This document shows positions 13,705-26,800 of a DNA stretch of 64,000 bases, piece by piece. Each line of letters starts with the position of its first letter. Position 1 is the stretch's first letter. The stretch covers positions 15,934,001 to 15,998,000 of the forward strand of contig CM114271.1 in NCBI GenBank assembly GCA_050084515.1, read 5' to 3'. Both the position numbers and the translations under genes were made by a program. Under the pieces are notes generated by a model. It searched no databases, had not been told where the DNA came from, and saw only the letters and a program-made list of their open reading frames with translations. The DNA comes from Blasia pusilla (taxonomy: Eukaryota).

Positions 13705-16704
13705 TTTAGTGAAAAGTGTAGGGGCAAGAATTCACGAGTGTGTTTCCGACATGTGAACGGCGAGTGTCGGGAAAGTTGGAAAGGAGAGAAATCAACTTTA
13801 GGTCATGTAGCTGCCTCTCTCAAATGTGCGCGGCCGTAGGCTAGGATACAGGCTAGGATGCGACTAGGGTTAGGTCACGGGCAAGGGATTGGAGGATTTT
13901 GGAGCACTGAGCGAGGATTGGAGGGCCGTGAAGTCGGGAGTCGGGAGTTGCAAGCCGGGGAGAAGACGTTTGGAGAGCAGGGTCGCGAGGTAAGAGGTAG
14001 GAGACGGAGTCCAGAGAGAGAGGATCGGTTGGGGCTGCGCATAGGGCACCATGCTCTAGGACACGGAAAGTGTGTGGGTGGGAAGGGGCCTATTAGGGAG
14101 GCCTGCGGGCCTGGCCCATAGAGTTGCGGGCTCCCCCCCGCCGCATTTAGACCCCCAAAGGTAGACGTGGTTGAGTGCGGACGTGGTAGGCAAGCTGGAT
14201 ATGGTTGGGGCTAGGGTTGATGTAGTAGGGCATGTGGGACGTGGTTTGCAAGGCAGACGTGGTCTGGTGGGCGGACAAGGTTGGGGAACGAGATGACATG
14301 GTAGAGCAAGGAGCTTGACGTGGTTGGTTCACATTACCAGGTTGAGGGGGTTGGACGTGATTGAGTTGAGTTATGTAGTGGGAGAGAGTTTTTGGGGACT
14401 AGATGTATCGCGAGCGTCGATGGGATTCAAAACAGGAGTTTTTTTGGTTATTTTGAGTCGCATGGGGATCGCCGTGATAGTCCTTCACCCATTGTGGATG
14501 CGAGGGTTGTGATGGAGACACACACACACCGATGTTGATGGAAGGTTTGACGTGTTGGTCGAGGAGAGTGTCGTGTTGTGGAGGTTGCCACACCACATGG
14601 AGGAGTGCGTGTTGAGGATGATCATGTTACCCATTCGAGTCCCTCTTCCCACACTTATCTTGTGTGATTGAGAGTGTTGGACATCGGGTAGTTGTTGGTG
14701 CTAGATGGGTGTAGTGATGGTCACAAGTGTAGACTCCTTTCATGTGTAGCATGTTGGTGGATATACGGTGGTTTCCGAGTAGGGGTCACGTGTATGATTC
14801 GAGAGTGTAAGTAGTTTAGGTGAGTTAGTGTGAAGGTCATGGTGAGTCCAAGTGTTGAGCGTGCGTGAGGTCGGGTGTGTTATCACGGGATATGCATTAG
14901 CGTAGGTGAGCTAGTGAGGAGTGTGGGACACTCTCGGTGAGTCTGAGTGCTTGTGTGGGTAAGATAGGGTTGACATCACGGCGTTCTTCCATGGTTTGGA
15001 AGAATGGGGTAGTACGAGTAGTGGTAGTGGAGTGACACGGAGTGGTGTGAGGTATGGAGGGGTTTTGAATGAGGAACCACCCCGACTCCCATCCGTGGCT
15101 GGATCGTCATCACTAGACATCAGGTTTGGTGACGAGATTGCACGTAGGGATGATGATACGTGGAGAGAGATGGACGACATGGGCCACTGTGGCATGCATC
15201 ATTTCTTGGATGCGGTAGGCACCATAGATCTTGACAATTTCATCTAGGAGTTTGACACATGGTGCGACTTCCAGGAGATACGGACCCCTACGCGATTCAA
15301 CCCTTTTATGGCATGGAAGGGGTTGTTCCAACACCTGAACGGGCCGCCGATGAATGATAACATGTAGTTTTGATGTCTATACTCTATAGAGATCAATGCC
15401 TCAAGGATGTATTGGGCTCCAAGGTATGTATCCACTAGTGGCCGCGAGGCGTATGATGGGATAGTGAGAGTGGAGAGATCTTCACCATCAACCCGGGGAC
15501 TAGATGGAGAGGATGGCAGTGAGAGTGGTGAGGTGGCAGAGACCTGTCGTGGTAAAGGACCACCGAGTTTCAATCCTATAGTGGAGTTCTTCCGATCGTT
15601 GGGGAGGAGCTACTAGGGCGTGCGGACCGACAAGTTGAAGAATCTACATGATTTTCAGCAGAGATCGGGTGAGAGTCTGAGAGAGGTGTTCACGCGCATG
15701 AGGAGGCTGATAATTGCTACTTATGGAGTGATTGAGGCACAATCAGTCCAGTATTGGTACGGGGTTTTGGATCAAGAGCTGTGGAGGAGATGTCGTGCGA
15801 ATCCACATCGTCATACAACATACATCGCTGACATACCATACTCACATACATACATAACATAGACGAGAGTATCCACAAACACAAGTGTACCACAACTCAG
15901 CAAGGCGCTTCTTTCCCAACCGACCGCGCACCAGATTCACACCTCCAACATAGGCCACAAGCCACGAACATCCACGGCTGAGTACACAATCAGCCCTAAC
16001 CAGATCCTACTGATCTACAATCGACGCTACCATCGATCTACTCCAGTTCTTTGAGTGAAATCCGTGAAAGACCTACTGTCATAAAACACGTATAAAATCA
16101 CATACAATCGAGCCAAACCCACTCCACGATGGAAGAATCTAGGTCGAAGCTTGCGGGAAACACCATAGCCAAGAGCTCTACTCACTACCAAGGCTAACTC
16201 CCAACGCAACAGGCTCAACTCAAAGAACTGACTGTTCTTTGAGGGCACTCCACCTTATATCCTCCAACCTAAGAGCGGGCCCTACTGGGAAAGTCACCCC
16301 CAACTGAGTAACCCCCAACCCTACGTATGGAACCGCATCTCTACCAAGCCACTACGGTCCTACATAAGGAATGGCCTCTACTAGCACACCATACTCTACG
16401 ACATAATCCGTATGGTCATGACAGCTGTCGTGCGAATCCACATCGTCATACAACATACATCGCTGACATACCATACTCACATACATACATAACATAGATG
16501 AGAGTATCCACAAACACAAGTGTACCACAACTCGCCCCCCTAACTGGCGGTTAGGTCCCTCTAACTCCCAAGTAGCCCTATACATCTACTACATGCTATA
16601 CACCTTCTTTGGTGCCCGAATCAGAAGGCCGGGTGCTAGGTTGCCCCATCGTTAGTCGCACATCTGTAATCCATTTCATGCAAAGATCAAGTTATCTACC
16701 TCTC

Positions 16705-19700
16705 CTAAGTACATCGAGGACAAACCCACCTTCCACTAGGAACAACATCCATACGTGGAGTCAAACACATCATGTGCCAACCCCTAGAACACCGATCACA
16801 CACCAACATACGGGCTGCGTTACCAGCAGATCCACACAACATGCACCTCAAGCTACCACGCATCATGGCTAAGCTTGGGTCAACAGTACCATCCACATTT
16901 GGAAGATGACATGGCGCACAATTACGCACATGGTCCTTCCAAAAAACTCCATCACGACCCTCCAACATGAGAACTCCAGAAGCTAACACCTCGCGCACTC
17001 GTAAAATAGTGAGGCCTACCGTCACATCCAACGTTGTCGGTGCAATCTGCTGCAAATAGACATAGTCCCCCACATGGAACCTAAGAATCGATGGTCGATA
17101 ACCTCCACCTTGAATGGTTGCATACCGCAACGTATCCCTGTGTTGAGCAATGGCAATATTCTCAAAGGCTGTTGGCATAACTCTCCAAAGAGCTCCGCCC
17201 GCTGAGAACACACCCTCATCCACATCTCTGGGTCATCAAGGTTCACGACCTCACTAGACTCCCGACGAATTGCTGCTGGCAAGTCTGGATCTCTGCCATA
17301 TAACACAAAATAAGGTGAGACGGAAGCCAAGGATGCTTGGCGACTGAACCTATACCCCATGGCTAACCATGGCAACTGAACATCCCAGTCTCCAAGATGC
17401 CCTTCAGAGGCCATACTTGCGCAATGCCCTCTTCACCGCCTGAACCACACGCTCGGCCAAACCATCCCCTCGGATGATCTCGAGATGTGGTCCGATGATC
17501 AATCAACGCCTTGTCACACAAGACCTAAAACTCACCCTGAAACTCTGTACCCTGGTCGGTCAGCACTTCAGCTGGTGCACCAAAATGAGTAAGCACTCTA
17601 TCCAAAAATGCATACGCCGTTCCCTCACTTGCCTTGTCCGGTAATGCCACCAACTCAATCCACTTGGAGAAGTACTCCACCATCACCAACACATATCGAT
17701 GATGTAAATGCAATCAACGATAACGGTCCCCAAAGTCCACACTCCAACGGTAACCCAACCCCATAATAGGCAAAGGGTGTAATTGTGGTGTAGGGGCATT
17801 AAATGATGCCCTCACCCGGTCACAAACCATACAACGTGACACCAAGCTGCACTGAGTATGCATGCCACGCCACCAATAATAGCCAAGGAGTAAGCTATAT
17901 GCGTGACGCTTTACCCCAAAATGTCCCAACTCCTCATGGGCATGTCGCACAATGCGCTCTCTCGAGCCAAATGTGGCACTACTCGTACTCTACCATCCTC
18001 CCACACGCGGAGAATATGTGTTCCCTCCAATCGATACCTCTTAGCACGTTGAAGAACACGGTCTCGCTCCTTGGCACTCACTATGCCTGGCACCCTCTTG
18101 GTCCGTAGGAACTCCAACACCAACGCATCATCATGAATATCACGCTGATCCGCACCACCATCTCCAACCTTAGGATATGAAGGTGGCCATCTACCCTCGA
18201 CTAGAGTAAGATATCATGTGGTCCTCCATACTAGAGTCCACCTAACCAACATAAAAGGTGGATGCATGCCAACTGGCACCATCTCCTCATCAACCTCGCC
18301 ATGCCATCTAGCCCAGTTGTATCCTCTTGGCTAGTACATGGGTTCCTACTCAACCCATCAAAGATCAAGGTTGGCAACCTGTGTCTATGTACCACCGGAA
18401 GTCATACTCTGTAAGATAAGAGCCCACCGTGCAAGCTTCCTGTAATCTTGTCCGACTCCATCAACCACTTGAGCGGTTGGTGATCAGATAACAAGGGTAA
18501 ATTGGGTGCCAAACAAGTAACACCTAAAGTGTGCCCCACCACCACACTCTTGCCAAGCACTCTCCCTCATATGAACTATAGCGCGACTCCGCTGCATTAT
18601 TCGAACAACTTGCATAGGCCACCACAAACTCCATGTGCTCATCATCATGTTGTGTCAACACCGCTCCAAGTCCCAACCTACTCCAATCAGTGTGTAACTC
18701 AAATGGGCGCCCTCTGATAGGTCTCCTCAAGATAGGCGCCGCCACCAACTGGGCCTTAAGCTCCACAAAAGCTCTCTTCTGATCATCTCCCCAGTGCCAC
18801 TCTTGATCTGATTTCAGCAATTGGTTCAAAGGCTTTGCCATAGCACTAAATCCTTTCACATACCTCCGATAGTAGTTCGCCAATCCCATGAATGCTCGAA
18901 CTCTACTCACATCTACCGGACGTGGAATAAGTGCAATAGCCTCCACCTTTGCTTGCTGAACTCCCAAACCACCTGGATAGATCACATGACCCAAGTACTT
19001 AACATCCTCATGGAAGAACTTACACTTTCCTGGATGCAAACGTAGACCATGAGCTTTCAACCGCTCAAACACCATCTGCAAATGTATCTGATGCTCCTCC
19101 ACCGTGTTACTGAACACCAAGATATCATCAATGTAACACCGAACAAAATCCAACCCTGCTAGGATCCTGTCCATCACTCTTTGAAACTCGGCAGGTGCAT
19201 TCTTCAACCCAAAGGGTAAGAATTTCCAGTGGTACAAACAATCCTTGCGATGAGAGTTGACACCCCAGAATGTTGTCTTGGCCTTGTCACTCTCCCGAAT
19301 CAGCAATTGATGGTATCCTGCCCGAAGATCCAAAGTACTGAAAATCTTTGCCTATCCCACCACATCAAAGATCTCCTCAGGTGTAGGCATGACATACCTA
19401 TCGGCCTTGGTTTGCCGATTGATAGGACGATAATCTTCACACATCCTTGATTGGTTGTTGCCATGCATATCCTTTTTGGCAGGCATGACAGTGGCTGATG
19501 CATACTCTCCATGCAACAACTCCACTAATCCAACCTCCAAAAGGTCCAACGTCCTACTCTGAATCAAGTCCCTCTCCATATCACTATATCGGTAGGGACG
19601 ACGGAAGATTGGCGTATCACTAGCCAAATCAATCCGTATACCGGGTCCAACCAGAGAACCCAACTCCTTCATGCTAAAGGCAAAACAACTCCTATAAGCA

Positions 19701-22700
19701 CGTAGGAACTGTGTCAAGCGTCGTTTCTCACCTCCCATAAGCTTGGGCCCAAGTAATGGCTCCCAAGTCTCCTCCACTGGCACACTAGAGGGAGAGGGCG
19801 ATGCCATTGGTCGCTCATAACCCCCTCACAAGATGGTACACCCTTAGCTACACCATCATCGAGCAAATAACTCCTCCACCAAAGATGAGCAACCAACTCC
19901 ACATGCCCAACCATTACATCCCATTTACTCCAAGGATGCAAAATACTACTCTCCTCGCCTTGGCCGATGCCTCTACCGCCCCGGTAGCCATCGAGCTCAT
20001 TACAAGGGGTGGAAGACCCACAGACATAGTCCAAAGTCGATTTGCTCGGCCATACCAAGACTCAAAATCCAAGTCAAACAATTCAGGTCCATGGCCTGAC
20101 CCAACACATGACGTCGTGAAGCCTCAGAAATAGAAGCAACCGTTGTCACACCAGTAGCAAATCCCATCGCACGCTCTCTCTCATCAGTGTTAGGCTCCAC
20201 CAATCCGCACATGAGAATCCCATACAAGCTCGGACCACCTTCCCTATAGGCATGTGACGAGGAAAACTCACAAATGTGGGTAGTGCAATCCTAGGTGGCC
20301 CCACGGTTCACCACCGCCATGGGTGACCGATCAATAACCCTCACCACTTGAGAAAGTCGCCAAAGATCAAGATACTATCCTTTGTAAGGCGAGGATCGCC
20401 GACTTTGCATCATATGCTCGACGAGAACCTCCTAGGCAACAAGTTTGTCCACCACAAGCGTGGGCGATGTGCACGTGAGCCAACTCGCATTTGCATCCAA
20501 CAACACCGCTGGTCCAATCCAAGACCGCACCTCATGAACACTCGCCATCATCCACGTCCGAGTGTCACCCAACAATGGAACATTCTCCAGAATGTAAGCT
20601 AGAGCACGTGCCTGATGAACCTGAAGATGTCGTAACACCCGTAACATCTCCCAAAACAATCGAGACCTAGGGTCATGTAATCCGTCACCATGACCAGCAC
20701 GTGTATGACCTTGACATGGCCATCCAGCAATCACCAAATCCACAAGACCAACCCTCTCAAGGTCCTGCGCCCCCAACAATGCAATGTGTGATGGTAAAGC
20801 TTTTGGTACCCACGAATAGCGATGGCGACAACAACTCAGGATATCTCATCAAGCGACCAATATGTCGGGATGAGACTCTCTGGGCCGTCTCATCTCGCTC
20901 CACATACACGTATCTCCGCACAAGAATACCGGCCTGCAACACTGTAGCCAAACCAGTGCTAATCCCACCAAAGAGATCTAACACACAAATGCCCTCCGTC
21001 GGATACTGCCATACAATGGGTGTAGTATCCAAAGGGGATAACCCAACTGGACCAGAAGTAGGAATCCGCCGTGGGGCCTCCTCTTCCTCGTGAGGTATAA
21101 TGACCTCACACCAAGCCTTGCACTAGGCGATCGCCTCCCTGCCGTAGTGCACCGCCTGAACTCCAAAGTGGCACATCCAACGATGAGGATGCCATTGCTG
21201 CAAAAATAGGGACCTCCTCTACCTCCTCATGCATGGGAGAATCCATAGCGAGAAACATTACCCTCAAAAAGTCTCGTGGCCAAGTGACTACTCCACTAAA
21301 ACCAGCCATAGATGCTAACATTGTTGGGAAGACCCTCTGGTCGAACCCAGAAATAAATCTCACAGAACTTGGCTCATACGTCCATCCCGGATTGCCAACC
21401 AGGTCTCAGTAAGACGCTATCTCGATCCCAATAATCCATTTGAAAACCCATCGGGTACAATCGCTCCTCCAACTAGTACATCATACGACTCGGTGATGTG
21501 ACTACATGAGATACTCCCAACCGGGAGCTATCGATCGCATGATCTGGTCTCAATCATGTCAGAAAACTTTTCCCATGTCATGAATTGAGACCTATCATTG
21601 GCTCCTCCAAGTGATGTTTGAATCTGGAATGGGCAAGGCTCAAGCTCGACCTCCGAATACCCAAACCAATACATGCCGCCTTTCCCAACATCAAGGTTGG
21701 GCACCGAGTCTAACAAGACTCTATCTGGTCTATACACTGTCCTATAGGACTCACCAATCGGAAGATCCCACTCGGTTGTCCAACATACATACACCAGGTA
21801 TAAGCCTCTCACGATCAATGGTGGCCGGGTTGGTAATGCATCCATCTTCGCCGCCGCCGCTAAGTAGCACGGTACTCAATGCTACACGACATAGAGGGTC
21901 GCTCCACCGCAACATCCTCATCCACCTCAACACGTGTAGAATAACATCCCCACGTTCACACAATGTGGTCGCTAGCTGAAATCAGAGCTAAGTCAACTCC
22001 TAAAGCCATCACTCCGTGGCGAAAACAATGGGGATCCCAACACTGAAGTTGCCATCCGCAATACTGCACTGGATGTTGCATCCGTGTCTACTACACGCGA
22101 TGTAGATGCCTCAGTCCCCACTATCGGCTCAATAGGCTGCGTAGGAACCATGGATGGAGTCCTAAGCACCTCAGACAACAAGAATGATGGGAAGCCTAGC
22201 TCGCCTCCCGGCCTCACCCCTCTGTGGGTCCAACTCCACAAGTAGGACCACGTGGCTCGACGCTCGAGTGGCTCCTCTCAGAATAGCAGATTGATGCCTC
22301 AACTTTTGTCTTTGCACTCGCCATACAAGAGAGATCATCCCCTCCATAAGAGGTGGAAGCTCCTGCTCCCGAACCTGATCTATGTTGGATACCAACCATA
22401 GTAGCCAACTTCTGCTCCAACTGCTCAATCCTAGCAGCCATAGCTGACTCTGTCGTAGTGGTAGGGGTAGCCACCGTAGGCTCTCCAACCACCTGGTCCA
22501 CCTCTACCACCCCTACCACCTCTACCACCTCGACCTCTCAGAGCTACTCCACCACGGCCGCGGCCTGATCTCAACTATGGATGAAGATCAAAGCAACGCT
22601 CTCGAGGATGATCTGGTCTCCCGCAATGATCACACTGAGTTGGGGCCGATCGAGGCCCATCCTCCAAAGTCCATCTCCCATCCTCTTGGGGACAAAACTT

Positions 22701-23818
22701 CCTAACATGATCACCTCCACATGTCCAACATGATTGTCCTTGCTGGGGCAGCAAATGAAGGCAATGGTCTCTGCGCAAGTGTCCCTCTAGGACTTGGTCG
22801 AGGTCGCGTGTACCCCACGACTCCCCTACTACTACCACCACCACTACTACGAGGCGTGAGGTGGGGGCGGCCGAACACGAGAAGTAGTAGTTGTATCCCT
22901 CTGAATGCGGATGTCACCACTCTCTCCTTCACCATGTTAAGCTCAATCTTCTCGAGATAGAGCAAACACATGGGTCAATGTGGGTGAATCATCACTCATA
23001 AGAGTAGCATCACGCACCCTACTGGCGCAAATCTCTGTCCAAGATCCCATACCAAAATCGATCTGCTCGATCCTCGAGTCACACCTGGGTAATCGAAATC
23101 AAGCGTCGATATCAGTGTATGCCTCACGAAGACTCTCACTAGTCTTTCGCTCAAATTCTGAAGATTCCTCAACTTCTCCGTCTTCACTCCTCGATAGTTC
23201 TTCTTCAACCTCTTGAAGAACTCGCAACTGGGTGAACGATGGTGGGGCACTAGTACCTCCACTAGTACCCCCACTAGTACCTCCACTGGTACCCCCACTC
23301 CGGCTCGTACTCATACCACTCAACGTCAGGCTGGATGGCATAGTAGGAGCACTACTACCAATACCACCATGGGTGATAGACACATAGCCTGGAGACCAAT
23401 ATTGTCTCCATGCCTCAATCTCAGCAACATGGTCCTTCCTAAACTCATGGTAATCATCCATGGGTGGTCCTTCCAAGTGTTGAAACAACCCCTTCCAAGC
23501 CAAGAATGGTGTAAACAACGTGGCGTTCCGCAACATCTGCATATCACACCACGTATCAAACTCCTGCATGAAGTCCTCCAACTCAATGGTACCCACTGCA
23601 CCCGAGTATCTTCGTGGACCCTTCATGGCCCCATATCCACCGTCCATGTCCCAAATCAATGGAGCTGCAACACTCGATAACAACGTAGAAGACTCGGTGT
23701 TTGGAACACCCTCGTCCTCCTCTTCATCAACCGTCGGAAGTGGAAAAGGTAGCCGATACCTAAATCCACTCTGTGTGAAACCACCACTGTCCCCAACCAG
23801 ACCACCCGACAGCTCCGT
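16705..23818 (-). pseudogene. F3 polyprotein Gag-PR-C5 MTase-RT-RNaseH-IN-PHD (frameshifted)
   Basis: CWTCGGDHVRKFC, CDHCGRPDHPRERC; VLLDS; RT DLRAGY, PFGLKNA, YIDD (ORF 18524-19333); LHTDWS; AHEELGHFG/CMVC; VLTDQGTEF; PHD CMLC..CDRC..H..C..WVCPRC (16708-16845). Confidence 0.93.
20087..20984 (-). pseudogene. DNMT3-like C5 MTase domain (F3)
   Basis: VLDLFGGISTG, YVYVERDE, DLVIAGWPCQGH, YILENV, ERERAMGF, SRRHVLGQAMD. Confidence 0.9.
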
Positions 23819-26800
23819 GATGACCAACGCCGATGCCGCACCACCACCAAATTACCCAAGTGACGTCGATGTCGCTCTACTATTGTAGCTCTACTAGCTA
23901 TGGGTGTAGGCAACCTAACCTCTCATCACCACAAGAAGCCTCCCACGGTCTACTGGTCATCACTCCAGCCTCACTATTTGTAGCACACAGGAGTAACACT
24001 ACTCTGGAAATCAGCGTCAACCCTAACAATGGGCGCGCAAGCAAGAAGCACGATGGAGGGGATCCAAACACAGGAAGTCCAACGACAATCCTCCAATCGC
24101 AAATGGAAATCAAGGTAACACAATCCACCAAACGTGGTGCCCCCTGAATCCACAAAACCCACCACATAATTCTAATGCAATAGCTACTCCGCCGCGAGTC
24201 GATGACGTACTAGTCGAACTCGCAGCACCTGAAAATATCACCTGCATGGAGAGGCTACACCGTACTATGCTCTAGAGGTACATCAACCAAAAACCTGAGA
24301 TGCATAAAGCGCCTAACACATCTCCGAACAGCACCAAATGAGCTACAACAATGTGTACATTGGCATAGTTAAGAACTCAGCAGTTAAGCGTCCTCCAGGC
24401 AGAATAGCCCAAAGATGGGTGACCAGTTATGCAAAACTAAAATCCCAAATCCTGCAAAAATTTCCTCACGCCCAAGCAAGCAAGCAAGCTTGCTTGCTTG
24501 CTTGCTCCTTGCTCCTTACTCCGCCTCTCACGCCCACTCGCCCCGAGCTACCACGAGTTGCCTCGAGTTGCCTCGAGTTGCCTCAAAACGTCGAGAAATG
24601 CTCGAGACATGCCCCATTCGCCACGCTTCGCCATGCTTCACTATGGAGAGAGGCCCAACCAGGGCGTCCCCAATGGGATAGGCGTCTCCAACAATGAACG
24701 AGTCACCAACCAACCAGCCCCTTCGATCCGCTGTCCACCATAACCAGACCTTGAGCTAGTCCGCGAAATTTCGATCAAAAATTACTTCACAAATCCATGA
24801 CTGAAATTGAATCTGTTTCAACCAGAATTCAATTGACCACCATAGCTATCTCTCCACAAAAAATCAGCTACAACCGAGCTCTGTACCCCGAGCTAAAAAT
24901 CAAACAAACTTGTTGTCCATACACCTCCAGAATCGCAAATCCGACAGCGCTGCCGCCAAGTTTCATGCACGCAGAAATCCGCAACGCTCCACACACTCGA
25001 GCAAATAGATTCACAGGAGATCACAATATGAGTAGCAACAGGAACCTCTCACCCGATCTGGATGAACTTCAACAGAGCTCTCCACATCAGAAAACCGTCG
25101 AACACGAACCAGAATCTTCAATCCTTGATAACTTCCAACTCCCTTGACGAAATCCGGCGATCTAAAGCGCGTTGGAAAGCTCTCACCAAGGCGCTTCTTT
25201 CCCAACCAACCGCGCACCAGATTCACACCTCCAACATAGGCCACAAGCCACGAACATCCACGGCTGAGGACACAATCGCCCCCTAACAGATCCCTTCGAT
25301 CTACAATCGGCTACCATCGATCTACTCAGTTCTTTGAGTGAAATCCGTGAAAGACCTCTTTGTCATAAAACACGTATAAAATCACATACAATCGAGCCAA
25401 AAACCCACTCCACGATGGAAGAATCTAGGTCGAAGCTTATGGAAACACCATAGCCAAGAGCTCTACTCACTACCAAGGCTTACTCCCCCAACGAAACAGC
25501 TTAACTCAAAGAATCGATCGTTCTTTGAGGGCACTCCACCTTATATCCTCCAACCTAAGAGCGGGCCCTATTGGGAAAGTCACCCCCAACTGAGTAACCC
25601 CCAACCCTACGTATGGAACCGCATCTCTACCAAGAAACTACGGTCCTACATAAGGAATGGCCTCTACTAGCACACTATACTCTACGACATAATCCGTATG
25701 GTCATGACAGAGAGTTTGGGATGCGATGTTGCTTCACACGGCGAAGCCCACATTGAAGGTGGTCTTTGGGTTTTCTGAGCGGGTAGAGCTCAACATGAGT
25801 GAGGAGCAGGTGGTAACCATGGGGTGTTCATGGGAGTCAGCGGGTCCACGAGTAGGATAAGATCCATAGGTGCTCCAGCATGCACCAATACCACGGGCAA
25901 ATGGGCCCAAAGAGCACAGCGGGTATCGTGAGACGATGAGGCAACGGCCCGTACCGACATATATTACCCAGTAGGGACTACGGTTGGCTTGTTAGACGTG
26001 TGGTGGGCCACAATGGTAGAGGGACTGCCCACAACATGGGAGAGGGCCACGGGCACCTCCGATTGCTCAGGAGCCATAGAGGATGTCCCAACCACAGTTG
26101 CAATGTGATCATTATCACCGATATGGTCACACTAGGGATAGGTGTTATGATCTTTGCGGGGAGGTACGTCTAGAGGTAGGCAAAGGACTTGGGGGCGAGA
26201 GAGTTGGTGGAGATTGAGTAGTGGATGATTGTGGTGGTAGAGTGCCATCACCAATCACAGGAGATGGAGGACGTGCACCCGATGCAGCGCTCCTTACCCG
26301 CATCGATCAGTTGGAGCAGAGGATTGCTTCCATGACAATGATGCAGCTACATGAGGCTGCTACGGTGATGACTCGAGATGCTGCGAGAGTAATCGAGCCA
26401 TCAAGAGGTAGGGTTGAGATTGACCCACATGAGGGGACCGTGGGCGGCAGGACAGGGTTCCCGAGTCGTTCACATTGTCAGAGGTACTACATACATCGTC
26501 AATGGTGCCTCAATGACCGATAGTACCCATGGGTGAGGCAGGTGCATCAACATTATGAGGAGTTGGAGAGATGACTCCTATGCCGGCTCGAGAGGAGCCA
26601 ATGTCGACCATGTTGTTTGAGGTAGCCACTATGGTGAGCCACACTCCGTTGTTTTTCGCCATGGAGTTGGCGACGTTGGGAGTTGGACCAAGGGAGGTGT
26701 TCCGGTTGGCTGCCACGTTGTGTGAGCATGGAGAGGTGACTACCTTTCGTTTAGAGGTAGTTGAGGAGGTGGTGGACTTGCCCTCAGAGCAGGTGGTCGG

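Larger units (their letters stand above)
15791..25709 (-). mobile_element. Subfamily F3 full-length element (9.9 kb) inserted in the gag of F2-a
   Basis: TSD GAGA (15787-15790 / 25710-25713); removing the insert restores WRRVWDAMLL in the host gag. Termini TGTCATG / CACGACA. B1 25187-25709; PPT 16530-16542; A1 16426-16529; GC spacer; B2 15901-16423; A2 15791-15894. Confidence 0.95.

Noticed and set aside
23249-23297. 12-bp repeats; also short repeats at 575-690 and 59740-59940
   Set aside because: Low-complexity SGGT linker in Gag and simple repeats in the leader; no further structure seen.
15791-25709. Classification as a DIRS/Ngaro tyrosine-recombinase element
   Set aside because: Has protease, HHCC-DDE integrase, TG...CA ends and TSDs; no recombinase ORF recognised.
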